Assembly: GCA_963828165.1 (NCBI GenBank)
Contig: CAWHDR010000001.1
Coordinates: 1,312,001-1,376,000 of the forward strand
DNA from: an uncultured Chloroflexia bacterium
GTDB lineage: Bacteria; Chloroflexota; Limnocylindria; Limnocylindrales; CSP1-4
Direction of reading: 5' to 3'
Length of the DNA stretch: 64,000 nucleotides
Below the pieces are notes generated by a model, which worked only from the letters and a program-made list of their open reading frames with translations, made no database searches and was not told the origin of the DNA. The position numbers and the translations under genes were made by a program. Positions within the stretch are counted from its first letter, which is position 1; each line of letters starts with the position of its first letter. Of the stretch, positions 1 to 8,996 are shown piece after piece.

Positions 1-426
1 CGCGTCCTCCTCGAACATCGGCTCGATGGCGAAGCGCTTGGTCTTCACGATCCGACGTTCGTGCCCAGGTTCCCGGGTCCCGTCGGCCAGGGACCGCAGG
101 ATGCGCTTCTCCTCCTCGGGCCGGGCCCGAAGTCGTGGCTTCGACTTGTGGTCGACGGCCTGGCGTTCGACCTTGTCGACCACCTCGTCGAGCGCGGCCT
201 GGTAGCTGATGCCGACCGCGTGGCTACGCAGAGTGCGCCCGTCGATGACGAGCGTGACCTCGGCGATGTGCGCGTCCGAGGCGCTCTTGTGCGTCTCGTT
301 GGAGAACTCGACGATCGCATCGGTCCGGTCGTCAAGGAGGCGTTCGAGCCGGCGGAGCTTGCGCTCGGTGTAGTCGCGAACCCGCTCCGGGACCTCGATA
401 TTCTTGCCCTTCACGATGGTCCGCAT
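1..426 (-). CDS. hpf: Ribosome hibernation promoting factor (long HPF/RaiA), runs off the window start
   Basis: Read manually: MRTIVKGKNIEVPERVRDYTERKLRRLERLL...SYQAALDEVVDKVERQAVDHKSK...RIVKTKRFAIEPMFEEDA. GGAGGT RBS upstream. Confidence 0.92.
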   Translation of the reverse strand, partial: MRTIVKGKNIEVPERVRDYTERKLRRLERLLDDRTDAIVEFSNETHKSASDAHIAEVTLVIDGRTLRSHAVGISYQAALDEVVDKVERQAVDHKSKPRLRARPEEEKRILRSLADGTREPGHERRIVKTKRFAIEPMFEEDA

Positions 427-479
427 GCTCACCTCCGGGTTCGAGCGTCGGACATCGAGTATAGCCGCGACCCGGTCGA

Positions 480-1157
480 TCAACGCTCGCGAGCCACCGT
501 GATGGCCGAGATGCCCACGGCCCCGGCGGCATCGAGCGCCTCGGCGCACGCGGCCAGGGTCGCGCCGGTGGTGACGACGTCGTCGACGAGAAGGACCCAG
601 TGCCCGACCGGGCCATCGCCGGGCTCCTGGTCCGCCACGAAGGCGCCCGCGACATTGGCGGCCCGATCGCTTCTGTCGAGGTCGAACTGGGCGATCGTGG
701 CCCGCTCCCGGCGTACGCGCGCGGCGTACGGCAGCCCAAGGTGGCGGGCGGCGACACGCGCGATGAGCTCGGCCTGGTCGTAGCCGCGGGTGCGGGCACG
801 GGCTGCATGGACGGGAACATGCGTGACGAGGTCCGCCCCCACGCCGATCCGCTTCCAGCGACGCGCGATCGCTGCCCCCAGAGGTTCGGCGAGCCGTTGC
901 TCTCCCGAGTACTTGATGGCGTGGAGCGCCGCACGGACCGTTCCACTGAACGGCGCGCACCAGTCGAGTTGCAGGAGCGGAGCCGGGAGATCGCCCGGGA
1001 GCCCGATCGCGGCGCCAGGCGGCGCGTCGAGCCTGCCGTCCAGTGCGGGAGCGCACATCTTGCAGAGCGGCGGTCCCTCACGCCCGCAGCCGACGCAGGC
1101 AGCCGGGAGCGCCGCATCGAGCGCCTGCGTCGCCGCCCGCCGAACGAGATCGATCAC
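480..1157 (-). CDS. comF: ComF family protein (zinc ribbon + phosphoribosyltransferase)
   Basis: CVGC..LCKMC, RGYDQAELIA and VLLVDDVVTTGATL motifs; adjacent to hpf. Confidence 0.92.
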   Translation of the reverse strand: MIDLVRRAATQALDAALPAACVGCGREGPPLCKMCAPALDGRLDAPPGAAIGLPGDLPAPLLQLDWCAPFSGTVRAALHAIKYSGEQRLAEPLGAAIARRWKRIGVGADLVTHVPVHAARARTRGYDQAELIARVAARHLGLPYAARVRRERATIAQFDLDRSDRAANVAGAFVADQEPGDGPVGHWVLLVDDVVTTGATLAACAEALDAAGAVGISAITVARER

Positions 1158-1206
1158 GGCCCGAGGATGAGGAATCGGGCTTATCCGCGGCTCACCTCTG
1201 GCGAGG

Positions 1207-1578
1207 TCAGGACAGCTGGACGAGGTCCCCAGGCTGCGTCCCGGACGCCTCGATCGTCCCGACCGGTAGCTCCAGCACGCCGTGCGCGCCGCGGACGAAC
1301 GGCACGAGCCCTGTCCACGCGCGCAGGCCCTGATGGACGGACGCGACGGGCCGGACCAGCGGGTCGTCGGCCGTCGGCCGCCCGACGAAGACGGCGTCGA
1401 TCGGGAACTTCATGAACATCATGTGGATGCCGTTCGAATCGGGCAGCCACAGGCCGGTTCCCTCGTCGAGCGAGGACCGGCCCATCAGGCCCATGAACTT
1501 CTGCCACAGCGATCCTGCGACCTCCAGCCGGGAGGCCAGGACCGTGTCGCGCGTGAGATTCCGAGCGCCGAGCCCCAT
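1207..1578 (-). CDS. DUF192 family protein
   Basis: KFMGLMGR, IHMMFMKFPIDAVF, VLELPVG and GD motifs. Confidence 0.85.
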   Translation of the reverse strand: MGLGARNLTRDTVLASRLEVAGSLWQKFMGLMGRSSLDEGTGLWLPDSNGIHMMFMKFPIDAVFVGRPTADDPLVRPVASVHQGLRAWTGLVPFVRGAHGVLELPVGTIEASGTQPGDLVQLS

Positions 1579-1587
1579 GATGGACGC

Positions 1588-2523
1588 TCAGACTCCGGCC
1601 AGATTCACCATGATCAGGATGATGGCCGGGCCCAGGATGACGATGAACAGCGAGGGAAAGATGCACCCGACGAGCGGGAACAGCATCTTGATCGGGGCCT
1701 TCGCGGCCATTTCCTCAGCCCGCTGCCGACGCTCGATACGGAGCTGCTCGGACTGGACCTGGAGGACCTTCGAGATCGACACACCGAGCTGCTCGGCCTG
1801 GATGATCGCACCGATGAAGTTCGTCAGCGGCCCGACCTCGGTGCGAGCCACGATGTCCCGAAGGGCGTCGCGACGCGCCTTGCCGACGCGGACCTCAGCG
1901 AGGGCCCGACGGAACTCGTCCGACAGCGGCCCCTGGAGCTTCTCGACCACCTTGGCCAGCGCGGCGTCGAAGCCGAGGCCGGCGCGGACGGAAATCGTCA
2001 GCAGGTCGAGGGCATCCGGGATCATCAGGAGGATGGCCTTCTGGCGCTTCTTGACGCGCCCGCCGAGCCAGAACTCCGGGATCGTGTAGCCCAGCAGGGC
2101 CCCGATGACGCCGAAGCCCGCACCGATCGCGAACGGGAAGCCAAGGATGCCGACGATCGCGAACAGGAAGAAGAACAGGATCGCGAAGATGATCGCGGAG
2201 ATGGCCTTGATGCCGAGCCAATCCGAGGTGCGCAGGTCGCCCGGGTTGCCGGCGAGCGCGAGGCGTTTCTCCGTCTTCTCCGTGAAGGACGTTGATGCCA
2301 CCCGCGACATCCGACCCGACAGGCCGGCCGCCAGCGGCCGCAGGGTCCGCTCGATGAACGGTGCCTGCAGCTCGAGCTCCTCGAGGTTCTTCGCCTGCAT
2401 GGTCCCGAGCTGGGTCAGGCGAGCCTGGACCGGGTCCACGGGCGCACTGCCCCCAAGCCCCAGCACGATCAGGAGGATCGCACCGGCTGCGAGGGCGGCG
2501 ACCGCGATGGGCAGGATTTCCAT
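1588..2523 (-). CDS. tadC: Tad pilus assembly protein TadC (T2SS-F family)
   Basis: IPDALDLLTISVRAGLGFDAAL; AEEMAAKAPIKMLFPLVGCIFP. Confidence 0.92.
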   Translation of the reverse strand: MEILPIAVAALAAGAILLIVLGLGGSAPVDPVQARLTQLGTMQAKNLEELELQAPFIERTLRPLAAGLSGRMSRVASTSFTEKTEKRLALAGNPGDLRTSDWLGIKAISAIIFAILFFFLFAIVGILGFPFAIGAGFGVIGALLGYTIPEFWLGGRVKKRQKAILLMIPDALDLLTISVRAGLGFDAALAKVVEKLQGPLSDEFRRALAEVRVGKARRDALRDIVARTEVGPLTNFIGAIIQAEQLGVSISKVLQVQSEQLRIERRQRAEEMAAKAPIKMLFPLVGCIFPSLFIVILGPAIILIMVNLAGV

Positions 2524-2527
2524 TCGA

Positions 2528-3541
2528 CTAGACCTCGATGTCCACGATCTTGCGGATGAGCATGAAGCCGATGAACATCATGAATCCGCCGAAGATCAGG
2601 ATCACAACGCCGGCCGGGAGGCCCAGGACGGCAGGTGGGTTGAGGAACATCGGTTCCATGAAGTTGGGCGCGGCGATGAACAGGAAGCCGGCGAGCGCGA
2701 TCGGCAGGAAGCCGACGACGTAGCCTGATAGACGCTGCTGCGCCGTCAGGGTCCGGATCTCGCCCTTGATGCGTACTCGCTCGCGGATGGTGTAGGCGAT
2801 CGAGTCCAGGATCTCGGCGAGGTTGCCGCCGACCTGGTGCTGGATGGAGATGGCCGTGGCCATGAGCTCGAGGTCGTCCGACCGCACGCGGCGGACCATG
2901 TTCTCGAGCGCCTGCTCGAACGGCAGACCCAGGTTCACTTCGCGGATGACCCGACCGAACTCGGTCGAGACCGGCGGGCGAGATTCGCGCACCACGAGCT
3001 CGATGGCCTGCAGGAACGACGAACCCGCGCGCAGCGCGTTGGCGATCAGCGTGATGGTGTCCGGCAGCTGCTTGTTGAAGGCGTTCAAGCGGCCACTCTT
3101 CCGACGGCCGAGCCAGAAGCGCGGCAGCATGAAGCCGATCAGCGCTCCGATGAGCAGCATGAGGGGCGAGTGGAGTGCGGGCATGAAGAACCCGAAGATG
3201 ATCATCACCACGGGCACGGCGACGATCGACCCTCCCCAGATCATGAGGAACTCGGAAGGCTTGAGCTTCAGGTCCGCGCGCGCGATGTCGCGCGCCAGGT
3301 TGGCCCCGAAGTCGCGACCTTCGACGACCTTGTTCAGGCTCGCGAGTGCCTGGCTCTGGGCGATCAGGTCGCTGATCGGTCCCTGCCCGGTGGAGGCAAC
3401 GGCCGCGCCCTCGGCCCGCCCGGACGCATAGCGCTCGAGGCGGTCCGAGATGCCGGATCGTCCGGAGCTGGCGACCCCGACCGCGATCAGCAGGATGGCC
3501 AGGGCGGCCACTCCGGCCACCGCCAGCGTCATGGGTTCCAC
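2528..3541 (-). CDS. tadB: Tad pilus assembly protein TadB (T2SS-F family)
   Basis: QLPDTITLIANALRAGSSF; GGNLAEILDSIAYTIRER; IRKIVDIEV C-terminus. Confidence 0.92.
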   Translation of the reverse strand: MEPMTLAVAGVAALAILLIAVGVASSGRSGISDRLERYASGRAEGAAVASTGQGPISDLIAQSQALASLNKVVEGRDFGANLARDIARADLKLKPSEFLMIWGGSIVAVPVVMIIFGFFMPALHSPLMLLIGALIGFMLPRFWLGRRKSGRLNAFNKQLPDTITLIANALRAGSSFLQAIELVVRESRPPVSTEFGRVIREVNLGLPFEQALENMVRRVRSDDLELMATAISIQHQVGGNLAEILDSIAYTIRERVRIKGEIRTLTAQQRLSGYVVGFLPIALAGFLFIAAPNFMEPMFLNPPAVLGLPAGVVILIFGGFMMFIGFMLIRKIVDIEV

Positions 3542-3565
3542 GGTCGGTCTCTCCTCTTCCGCGTC

Positions 3566-4972
3566 TTAGTAGTTGAAGCCGAAGAGACCCGGGGGCAGGT
3601 TGATGCCCATGATCTCGAACTTCTCGACGAACTTCGGCCGGATCCCGGTGGGCTTGAGGCGACCCTGGATCTTGCCCTCGACGACGCCTGTCTGCTCGAA
3701 GACGAACACGTCCTGCATGACGATGACGTCGCCTTCCATGCCCTGGACCTCGGTGATGTTGACGATCTTGCGGGTCCCGTCCTTCAGACGGCTCTGCTGG
3801 ACGATAAGGTCGACCGCGGAGGCGACCTGCTCGCGGATAGCGCGCAGCGGCAGGTCGACGCCGGCCATCAGGACCATGGTCTCGAGCCGCGACAGCATGT
3901 CGCGAGGGGAGTTGGCGTGGCCGGTCGACATCGAGCCGTCATGCCCGGTGTTCATGGCCTGGAGCATGTCCAGCGCCTCACCGGACCGGCACTCGCCGAC
4001 GATGATGCGATCGGGGCGCATCCGCAGCGCGTTTCGCACGAGCTCGCGGATCGGGATGGCACCCTTGCCTTCGATGTTGGGCGGGCGCGACTCGAGCGTC
4101 ACGACGTGCTCCTGGCGGAGCTGGAGCTCGGCGGCGTCCTCGATCGTCACGATGCGCTCGTCGTTCGGGATGAACGAGGAGAGCACGTTGAGCGTCGTGG
4201 TCTTGCCGGAGCCGGTGCCGCCGGACACGAAGAGATTCAGGCGAGCCTCCACACAGGCACGAAGGAAGTCGAACATGTCTGCGGTGGCGGTGCCGAAACG
4301 GATGAGGTCGTCCGTCGTGAAGGGGGAAGCGGCGAACTTGCGGATCGTGACGACCGGCCCGACCAGCGACAGCGGCGGGATGATGGCGTTGACGCGGGAA
4401 CCGTCGGTCAGGCGCGCGTCGACCATCGGCGACGACTCGTCAACGCGGCGACCGATCGGGGCGATGATGCGGTCGATGATGCGCATGACGTGATCGTCGT
4501 TCTGGAACACGACATTGGTCAGCTCCAGCTTGCCGGAGCGCTCGATGTAGACCTGGCGCGGGCCGTTGACCATGATCTCGGTGATCGACTCGTCACGCAG
4601 GAGCGGCTCCAGCGGTCCGAGACCGATGATCTCGTCCGTGATCTGCTCGAGCATGCGGACGCGCTCGGCACGGGTCAGCGCGAGGCCTTCCTCGTCGATG
4701 ACCTTGCCGAAGATCTCCTCGATCTGGCGCCGGACCTCGACCTGATTCGACAGGTCGAGCTTCGGGTCCAGGTCCTGGATGACCCGGTTCTGGATCCGGA
4801 ACTTGACGTCCCGGAAGGACTCTCGGACGGGCGCCTGCGACTGGAGGCGCGGCGCCGAGGGCAGGGTCGGCGGGCCGCCACCGGCCGGAGCCGGTACGGA
4901 ACCCGGTGCGCCGGCCGGCGCCTCGGGCGCCCCACCCGGGCGAGCTGATTCGATCCGCTTCAACAGGGACAT
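3566..4972 (-). CDS. cpaF: Tad/Flp pilus assembly ATPase CpaF/TadA
   Basis: Walker A GGTGSGKTT; LRMRPDRIIVGE; AMNTGHDGSMSTGHAN. Confidence 0.96.
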   Translation of the reverse strand: MSLLKRIESARPGGAPEAPAGAPGSVPAPAGGGPPTLPSAPRLQSQAPVRESFRDVKFRIQNRVIQDLDPKLDLSNQVEVRRQIEEIFGKVIDEEGLALTRAERVRMLEQITDEIIGLGPLEPLLRDESITEIMVNGPRQVYIERSGKLELTNVVFQNDDHVMRIIDRIIAPIGRRVDESSPMVDARLTDGSRVNAIIPPLSLVGPVVTIRKFAASPFTTDDLIRFGTATADMFDFLRACVEARLNLFVSGGTGSGKTTTLNVLSSFIPNDERIVTIEDAAELQLRQEHVVTLESRPPNIEGKGAIPIRELVRNALRMRPDRIIVGECRSGEALDMLQAMNTGHDGSMSTGHANSPRDMLSRLETMVLMAGVDLPLRAIREQVASAVDLIVQQSRLKDGTRKIVNITEVQGMEGDVIVMQDVFVFEQTGVVEGKIQGRLKPTGIRPKFVEKFEIMGINLPPGLFGFNY

Positions 4973-5031
4973 GACCTAAACCCCTTCTCGCCCCGAGGGT
5001 CGAAATACTTCAACGGTGCCGGTCGACACGA

Positions 5032-6288
5032 TCAGCGCCATGCGAACAACGATTTCTTGTTGGTGGCCCGGCCCTTGTCCTCGGTGGCCGCGACTTGCGA
5101 CGTTTCGCCGAAGACCGACTGGGCCAGTCGGAGGATGTCCTGGGAGACCTGCGCCTCCCGGTTGCTGAGGAAGAACGGAACCCCCCGATTGAGCGCGTAG
5201 ACGACGCTCCGCCCGTCGCTGACGATCGTCTCGTCCACCTTGCGGCCGATCGAATGCTCGACGTCCGCGACGCGGATTCCGAGCGCCGAATCGGCGCGGT
5301 TGAGGATGAGCCGGACCTTGTTCTCATAACCGAGCTGCTCTGCGACCTCCAGGAAGAGGCGCATGTTCTTGATGCTCGTGATCTCGAGGCTCAGCATCGT
5401 CAGGATGATATCGGCGGCGTCGAGCATCGCGAGGGTCGTGTCGTTGAAGAACGCGGTGCAGTCCACGACGACGAGGTCGTGGGTGAGGCGCAGCGCCTCG
5501 ATCACGCGCTTGATGCCCGACGGCGTGATGAGCTCGGCCATCTCTGGCGACGGCGGTGCCAGCAGCACGCGGATGCCGGCCGAGTGGTTGATCACGAACG
5601 TATCGATGGACTCGACCTCGTTGCCGGCCTGCTCGAGCTCCGGAACCAGGTCGGCGATCGACTTGTTCTTTGGATTCAGGTTGAGCAGGACGCCCACGTC
5701 GCCGAACTGGAAGGAGCCATCGACCAGGACGACCTTCTTGCCCAGTTCCGTGGCGGCGGCCACCGCCATGTTCACGGCAACCGTCGTGCGACCGACGCCG
5801 CCCTTGGGACTGAACAGCGCCACGACCAGGCCGGGCTCGCCGCTGGGGTTGGTCCCCACCGGGTTCGCGGCCTCCGTCGGCGTCGCGATGGCGAGCCGGC
5901 TGGCCTTCTCCCGTTCGCGGGTGTGGACCTGGCGGATCGAGGCGGTCAGCTCGTCGCTGCTGAAGGGCTTGACGAGGAACTCGCGGGCCCCCGCCAGCAT
6001 CGAGCGGCGCAGGTAGTCCGCCTCGCCCTGGACCGACATCATCACGACCGATGCGGTCGGCACGGCCCGACCGAGCAACTCCGTGGCGGCGATCCCGTCC
6101 ATGTCCGGCATGTTGATGTCCATCAACACGACGTCGGGCGTGAGGGACGTCGCGAGGGCGATCGCTTCCGCGCCGGACGCCGCCGAGCCGACCACGTCGA
6201 TGTCGCTCTCGAAGCCAAGCAGCTTCGTGAGGTGGTCGCGGGTCTCGGGGATGTCATCGACGATGAGGACGCGGATCTGGTCTGCCAT
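5032..6288 (-). CDS. cpaE: CpaE/TadZ pilus localisation protein (receiver + MinD/ParA-like ATPase)
   Basis: N-terminal receiver (VDD, LMDINMPDMDG, VKPF) and deviant Walker A SPKGGVGRTT; tad context. Confidence 0.9.
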   Translation of the reverse strand: MADQIRVLIVDDIPETRDHLTKLLGFESDIDVVGSAASGAEAIALATSLTPDVVLMDINMPDMDGIAATELLGRAVPTASVVMMSVQGEADYLRRSMLAGAREFLVKPFSSDELTASIRQVHTREREKASRLAIATPTEAANPVGTNPSGEPGLVVALFSPKGGVGRTTVAVNMAVAAATELGKKVVLVDGSFQFGDVGVLLNLNPKNKSIADLVPELEQAGNEVESIDTFVINHSAGIRVLLAPPSPEMAELITPSGIKRVIEALRLTHDLVVVDCTAFFNDTTLAMLDAADIILTMLSLEITSIKNMRLFLEVAEQLGYENKVRLILNRADSALGIRVADVEHSIGRKVDETIVSDGRSVVYALNRGVPFFLSNREAQVSQDILRLAQSVFGETSQVAATEDKGRATNKKSLFAWR

Positions 6289-6439
6289 CAGGCGGTCTGG
6301 CTTTCGTTCCTAGCGGGTGGTGACGATGGACGGGTGGTCTTGCCTCCCCTGACGCCGACGGGCGCGGGACCGGTGGGGTCCATCGCGCCCGTTGCGCCTG
6401 GGTTCGGTGGCTGTCGGCGGAAGCCGCCGAACGGCTTGG

Positions 6440-7345
6440 CTACGGCTGCGCTGGCAGGATGGCCTCGATGAGCTCAGGCGGCAGGACGCCGTAGTTGTCC
6501 ACGAGGGTCTTGAGGATGACGCCGGTGGTGGCGTCCGGGATCGGGCCGTTCTCATACGGCAGGTTGGTCTCTGGGTCGATGAAGTCCTGAGGCGAGCGCA
6601 GGACCAGCGAGAACAGTGGCGAGTCGAGCTGGGCGAACTTGATGATCTCGGCCTGCTGTGCGTCAACGGCCAGGATCACGATCTCCTGCTGGCCCGAGAG
6701 GGTCGTACCCGGCTGGGCCGGCGGTGCGCCCGAGGCGGCTGGCGCTGGCTGCGCTGCGGGGTCCTGGGGTGGCAACAGGGTGCCGAGGACCTGCATGCCC
6801 TGCAGGACGAGCTTCACGCTCGTGCTGTTGAGTCCGGCGACCACCGTGAAGGTGTTCGTCTCTTCGTCAGCAGTGATCACGGGGAACTTGTCGGCCTGGA
6901 GGGCCATGATGAGGTCGACGTAGTCGCCGGTCTTGATGACCGTGCCGACACCGGTGACCTGATCGACCTGGACGGAGATGCAGCGCATGGTCGCGGGGCA
7001 CTCGATGTCGAGCACCTGACCCTGCTGACCGCCGCTCAGTGTCCTGGCGGTGATCGCGCCGCCGATCACGACCGGCTGACGGACGATCTTCCCGAGAACC
7101 TGGGACGTGTCGCCGAAGGCGTCGGTGTCACGGCCGGTGATGGCGATCTGCCGGACCTCGATCTGCTCGGCGCGGATCGCCGTGCCAAGCGGGATGTCCT
7201 GGATCGCGACGACCGTCGGGAGCTCGGTGGGCGCCACCGGTTCAGGCGGTCCATTGCCAGGTCCTTGCAGCAGCAAGATGCCGACGAATGCGACGATCGC
7301 GAGGAAAACCCCCACGAGCAGAACCAATCGATTCGAGCGCTTCAA
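6440..7345 (-). CDS. cpaB: Flp pilus assembly protein CpaB/RcpC
   Basis: N-terminal TM, SAF domain, GVGTVIKTGDYVDL, LVLRS. TTG start at 7345 after GGGAG. Confidence 0.88.
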   Translation of the reverse strand: MKRSNRLVLLVGVFLAIVAFVGILLLQGPGNGPPEPVAPTELPTVVAIQDIPLGTAIRAEQIEVRQIAITGRDTDAFGDTSQVLGKIVRQPVVIGGAITARTLSGGQQGQVLDIECPATMRCISVQVDQVTGVGTVIKTGDYVDLIMALQADKFPVITADEETNTFTVVAGLNSTSVKLVLQGMQVLGTLLPPQDPAAQPAPAASGAPPAQPGTTLSGQQEIVILAVDAQQAEIIKFAQLDSPLFSLVLRSPQDFIDPETNLPYENGPIPDATTGVILKTLVDNYGVLPPELIEAILPAQP

Positions 7346-7611
7346 AATAAGGTCTCCCGAGCCGTGATGTGTGACAGGTGGCACCACTGTAGCACCGGCA
7401 AAATGCCGCGCGACTATACCAATGGGCTAGGACCCTTGGTAGGAAACAGCAGGTTTCCCCGCGTGCCGCAAGGTTGCGCGCAAGGTTCGCATTTTCGACC
7501 GCACCGATGTCGGGACGAGGCCGGCCGGTGCAGCGATGAACCAGTTCGCCAGAGGTCTCCGCTGAGGCCTTGACGCCCGCGGATCGCGTCCCCGAAACGG
7601 CCGGAATCAGT

Positions 7612-7644
7612 TCGACCGCCGCGCCCGGGGGGCACGGCGGTCGA
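7612..7644 (-). terminator. GC-rich hairpin 3' of the last pilin gene
   Basis: TCGACCGCCG...CGGCGGTCGA inverted repeat; no clear U tract. Confidence 0.5.
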
Positions 7645-7663
7645 TGCGCTGGCGGAGCTGTCG

Positions 7664-7829
7664 TTAGACAGAACTACCGACGTTGCTCAGGACAGCTGAC
7701 CTGACCACCGATGAAGATGAGAGCGATGATTGCGATGATCGCGATAAGAGCGAGGATCAATGCGTATTCGGCGAGACCCTGGCCGCCCTCACGACTGAGG
7801 TTGGCGAAGAGCCTCTGGGAGATGAACAT
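7664..7829 (-). CDS. flp: Flp type IVb pilin (variant B, copy 1), apparent frameshift near the 3' end
   Basis: MFISQRLFANLSREGG-QGLAEYALILALIAIIAIIALIFIGGQVS..VLSNVGSSV; G-x4-EY Flp motif; AAAGGAG RBS. The 166-nt span implies an indel. Confidence 0.88.
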
Positions 7830-7916
7830 CTCCAGCTCTCCTTTCTACAGGTCCTGAACGACACAAGGCGAGCCGCCGAGCCATCAGGCCCGGCGGCTCG
7901 TTGGCATGGAGTCCGG

Positions 7917-8090
7917 TTAGACCGAGCTGCCGACGGTGCTCAGGATCTTGCTGACCTGGCCGCCCAGGAAGATGAGGGCGACGATCGCGATGATGGCGAT
8001 GAGGGCGAGGATCAGCGCGTACTCCGCGAGGCCCTGGCCGTCTTCGTCGCGATGGATGAGTTCCATGACCTTGAGATAGATGGACGTCAT
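7917..8090 (-). CDS. flp: Flp type IVb pilin (variant A, copy 1)
   Basis: Intact 57 aa: MTSIYLKVMELIHRDEDGQGLAEYALILALIAIIAIVALIFLGGQVSKILSTVGSSV; AAAGGAGG RBS. Confidence 0.95.
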   Translation of the reverse strand: MTSIYLKVMELIHRDEDGQGLAEYALILALIAIIAIVALIFLGGQVSKILSTVGSSV

Positions 8091-8143
8091 GTGGATGGGT
8101 ACCTCCTTTCCTTCAGGCTCCCCGCAGTGCGGAGGCGGCCGCC

Positions 8144-8172
8144 AAGGTACGGTTCAGGGCGGCACATGTCAA
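8144..8172 (-). promoter_or_regulatory. Sigma70-type promoter of the downstream pilin pair
   Basis: TTGACA-17 nt-TACCTT on the minus strand. Confidence 0.75.
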
Positions 8173-8199
8173 GGAGGCAACCACGATATTGGTGCACGC

Positions 8200-8236
8200 A
8201 CAAAACGACTGACCGCCGGTCCGAAGACCGGCGGTC
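8200..8236 (-). terminator. Intrinsic terminator between the two pilin pairs
   Basis: GACCGCCGGTC-TTCG-GACCGGCGGTC followed by AGTCGTTTTG. Confidence 0.75.
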
Positions 8237-8268
8237 GACGTACGAGCGGTGTGGCTTGAGCATGACGG

Positions 8269-8439
8269 CTAGACAGAAGCTGCCGACGTTGCTCAGGATC
8301 CGAGCTGACCTGGCCACCGAGGAAGATGAGAGCGATGATTGCGACGATCGCGATGAGCGCGAGGATCAATGCGTATTCGACGAGACCCTGGCCGTCCTCA
8401 CGACTGGAGGTTGGCGAAGAGCCTCTGGGAGATGAACAT
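8269..8439 (-). CDS. flp: Flp type IVb pilin (variant B, copy 2), with apparent single-base insertions
   Basis: MFISQRLFANL..SREDGQGLVEYALILALIAIVAIIALIFLGGQVSS..ILSNVGS.; paralog of 7664-7829. Confidence 0.85.
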
Positions 8440-8522
8440 CTCCAGCTCTCCTTTCGTGACAGGTCCTGAACGCACAACGACCGCCGAGCCCATCAGGCCC
8501 GGCGGTCGTTGGCAGGAGCCGG

Positions 8523-8696
8523 TTAGACCGAGCTGCCGACCGTGCTCAGGATCTTGCTGACCTGGCCGCCCAGGAAGATGAGGGCGACGATCGCGATGAT
8601 GGCGATGAGGGCGAGGATCAGCGCGTACTCCGCGAGGCCCTGGCCGTCTTCGTCGCGATGGATGAGTTCCATGACCTTGAGATAGATCGACGTCAT
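8523..8696 (-). CDS. flp: Flp type IVb pilin (variant A, copy 2)
   Basis: Protein identical to 7917-8090, with synonymous nucleotide differences; AGGAG RBS. Confidence 0.95.
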   Translation of the reverse strand: MTSIYLKVMELIHRDEDGQGLAEYALILALIAIIAIVALIFLGGQVSKILSTVGSSV

Positions 8697-8744
8697 GTGA
8701 TGGTTCTCCTGGATGAGTACTCACCCCCAGATGAGGGCTGCGCC

Positions 8745-8773
8745 ACTGTACGAACGGGATTCACGCCTGTCAC
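8745..8773 (-). promoter_or_regulatory. Sigma70-type promoter of the upstream pilin pair
   Basis: GTGACA-17 nt-TACAGT on the minus strand. Confidence 0.65.
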
Positions 8774-8819
8774 CTGAGACGATGGTACGGGGCACAACGA
8801 TAGGCGCCGAGGTCGCCGG

Positions 8820-8996
8820 TCAGCCTCCGGTCGCCTGATCGATCGCGTGTCCGATCGCGGTGAGGGCATCGGACAGCGTCCCGCCGAACACGACGAGCCA
8901 GAGCAGCGTGAGCGCGCTGGTGAGCGCGGTCATCAATCCATACTCCACCAGGCCCTGCCCCTCACGGGCATCATGGATGCGCTGCACCGCCTTCAT
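8820..8996 (-). CDS. Divergent Flp-like (minor) pilin
   Basis: MKAVQRIHDAREGQGLVEYGLMTALTSALTLLWLVVFGG...; its ATG overlaps the upstream TGA (ATGA). Confidence 0.8.
   Translation of the reverse strand: MKAVQRIHDAREGQGLVEYGLMTALTSALTLLWLVVFGGTLSDALTAIGHAIDQATGG

Noticed and set aside
6324-6385. CGATGGAC/GTCCATCG stem between cpaB and cpaE as a structured RNA
   Set aside because: An 8-bp stem in GC-rich DNA with no recognisable family motif.
2837-7573. Long + strand ORFs (703, 458 and 393 aa) and similar shadow ORFs throughout the window
   Set aside because: They are antisense or off-frame shadows of well-supported genes, which is expected in high-GC DNA, and they show no motifs.
7346-7663. 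c-di-GMP riboswitch upstream of cpaB or the pilins
   Set aside because: GGCAAA at ~7397 is on the non-coding strand, and neither class I nor class II architecture is visible.
7600-8700. Repeats resembling a CRISPR array or a misassembly
   Set aside because: The repeats are pilin genes with synonymous differences and distinct promoters. There is no repeat-spacer periodicity and no cas gene.
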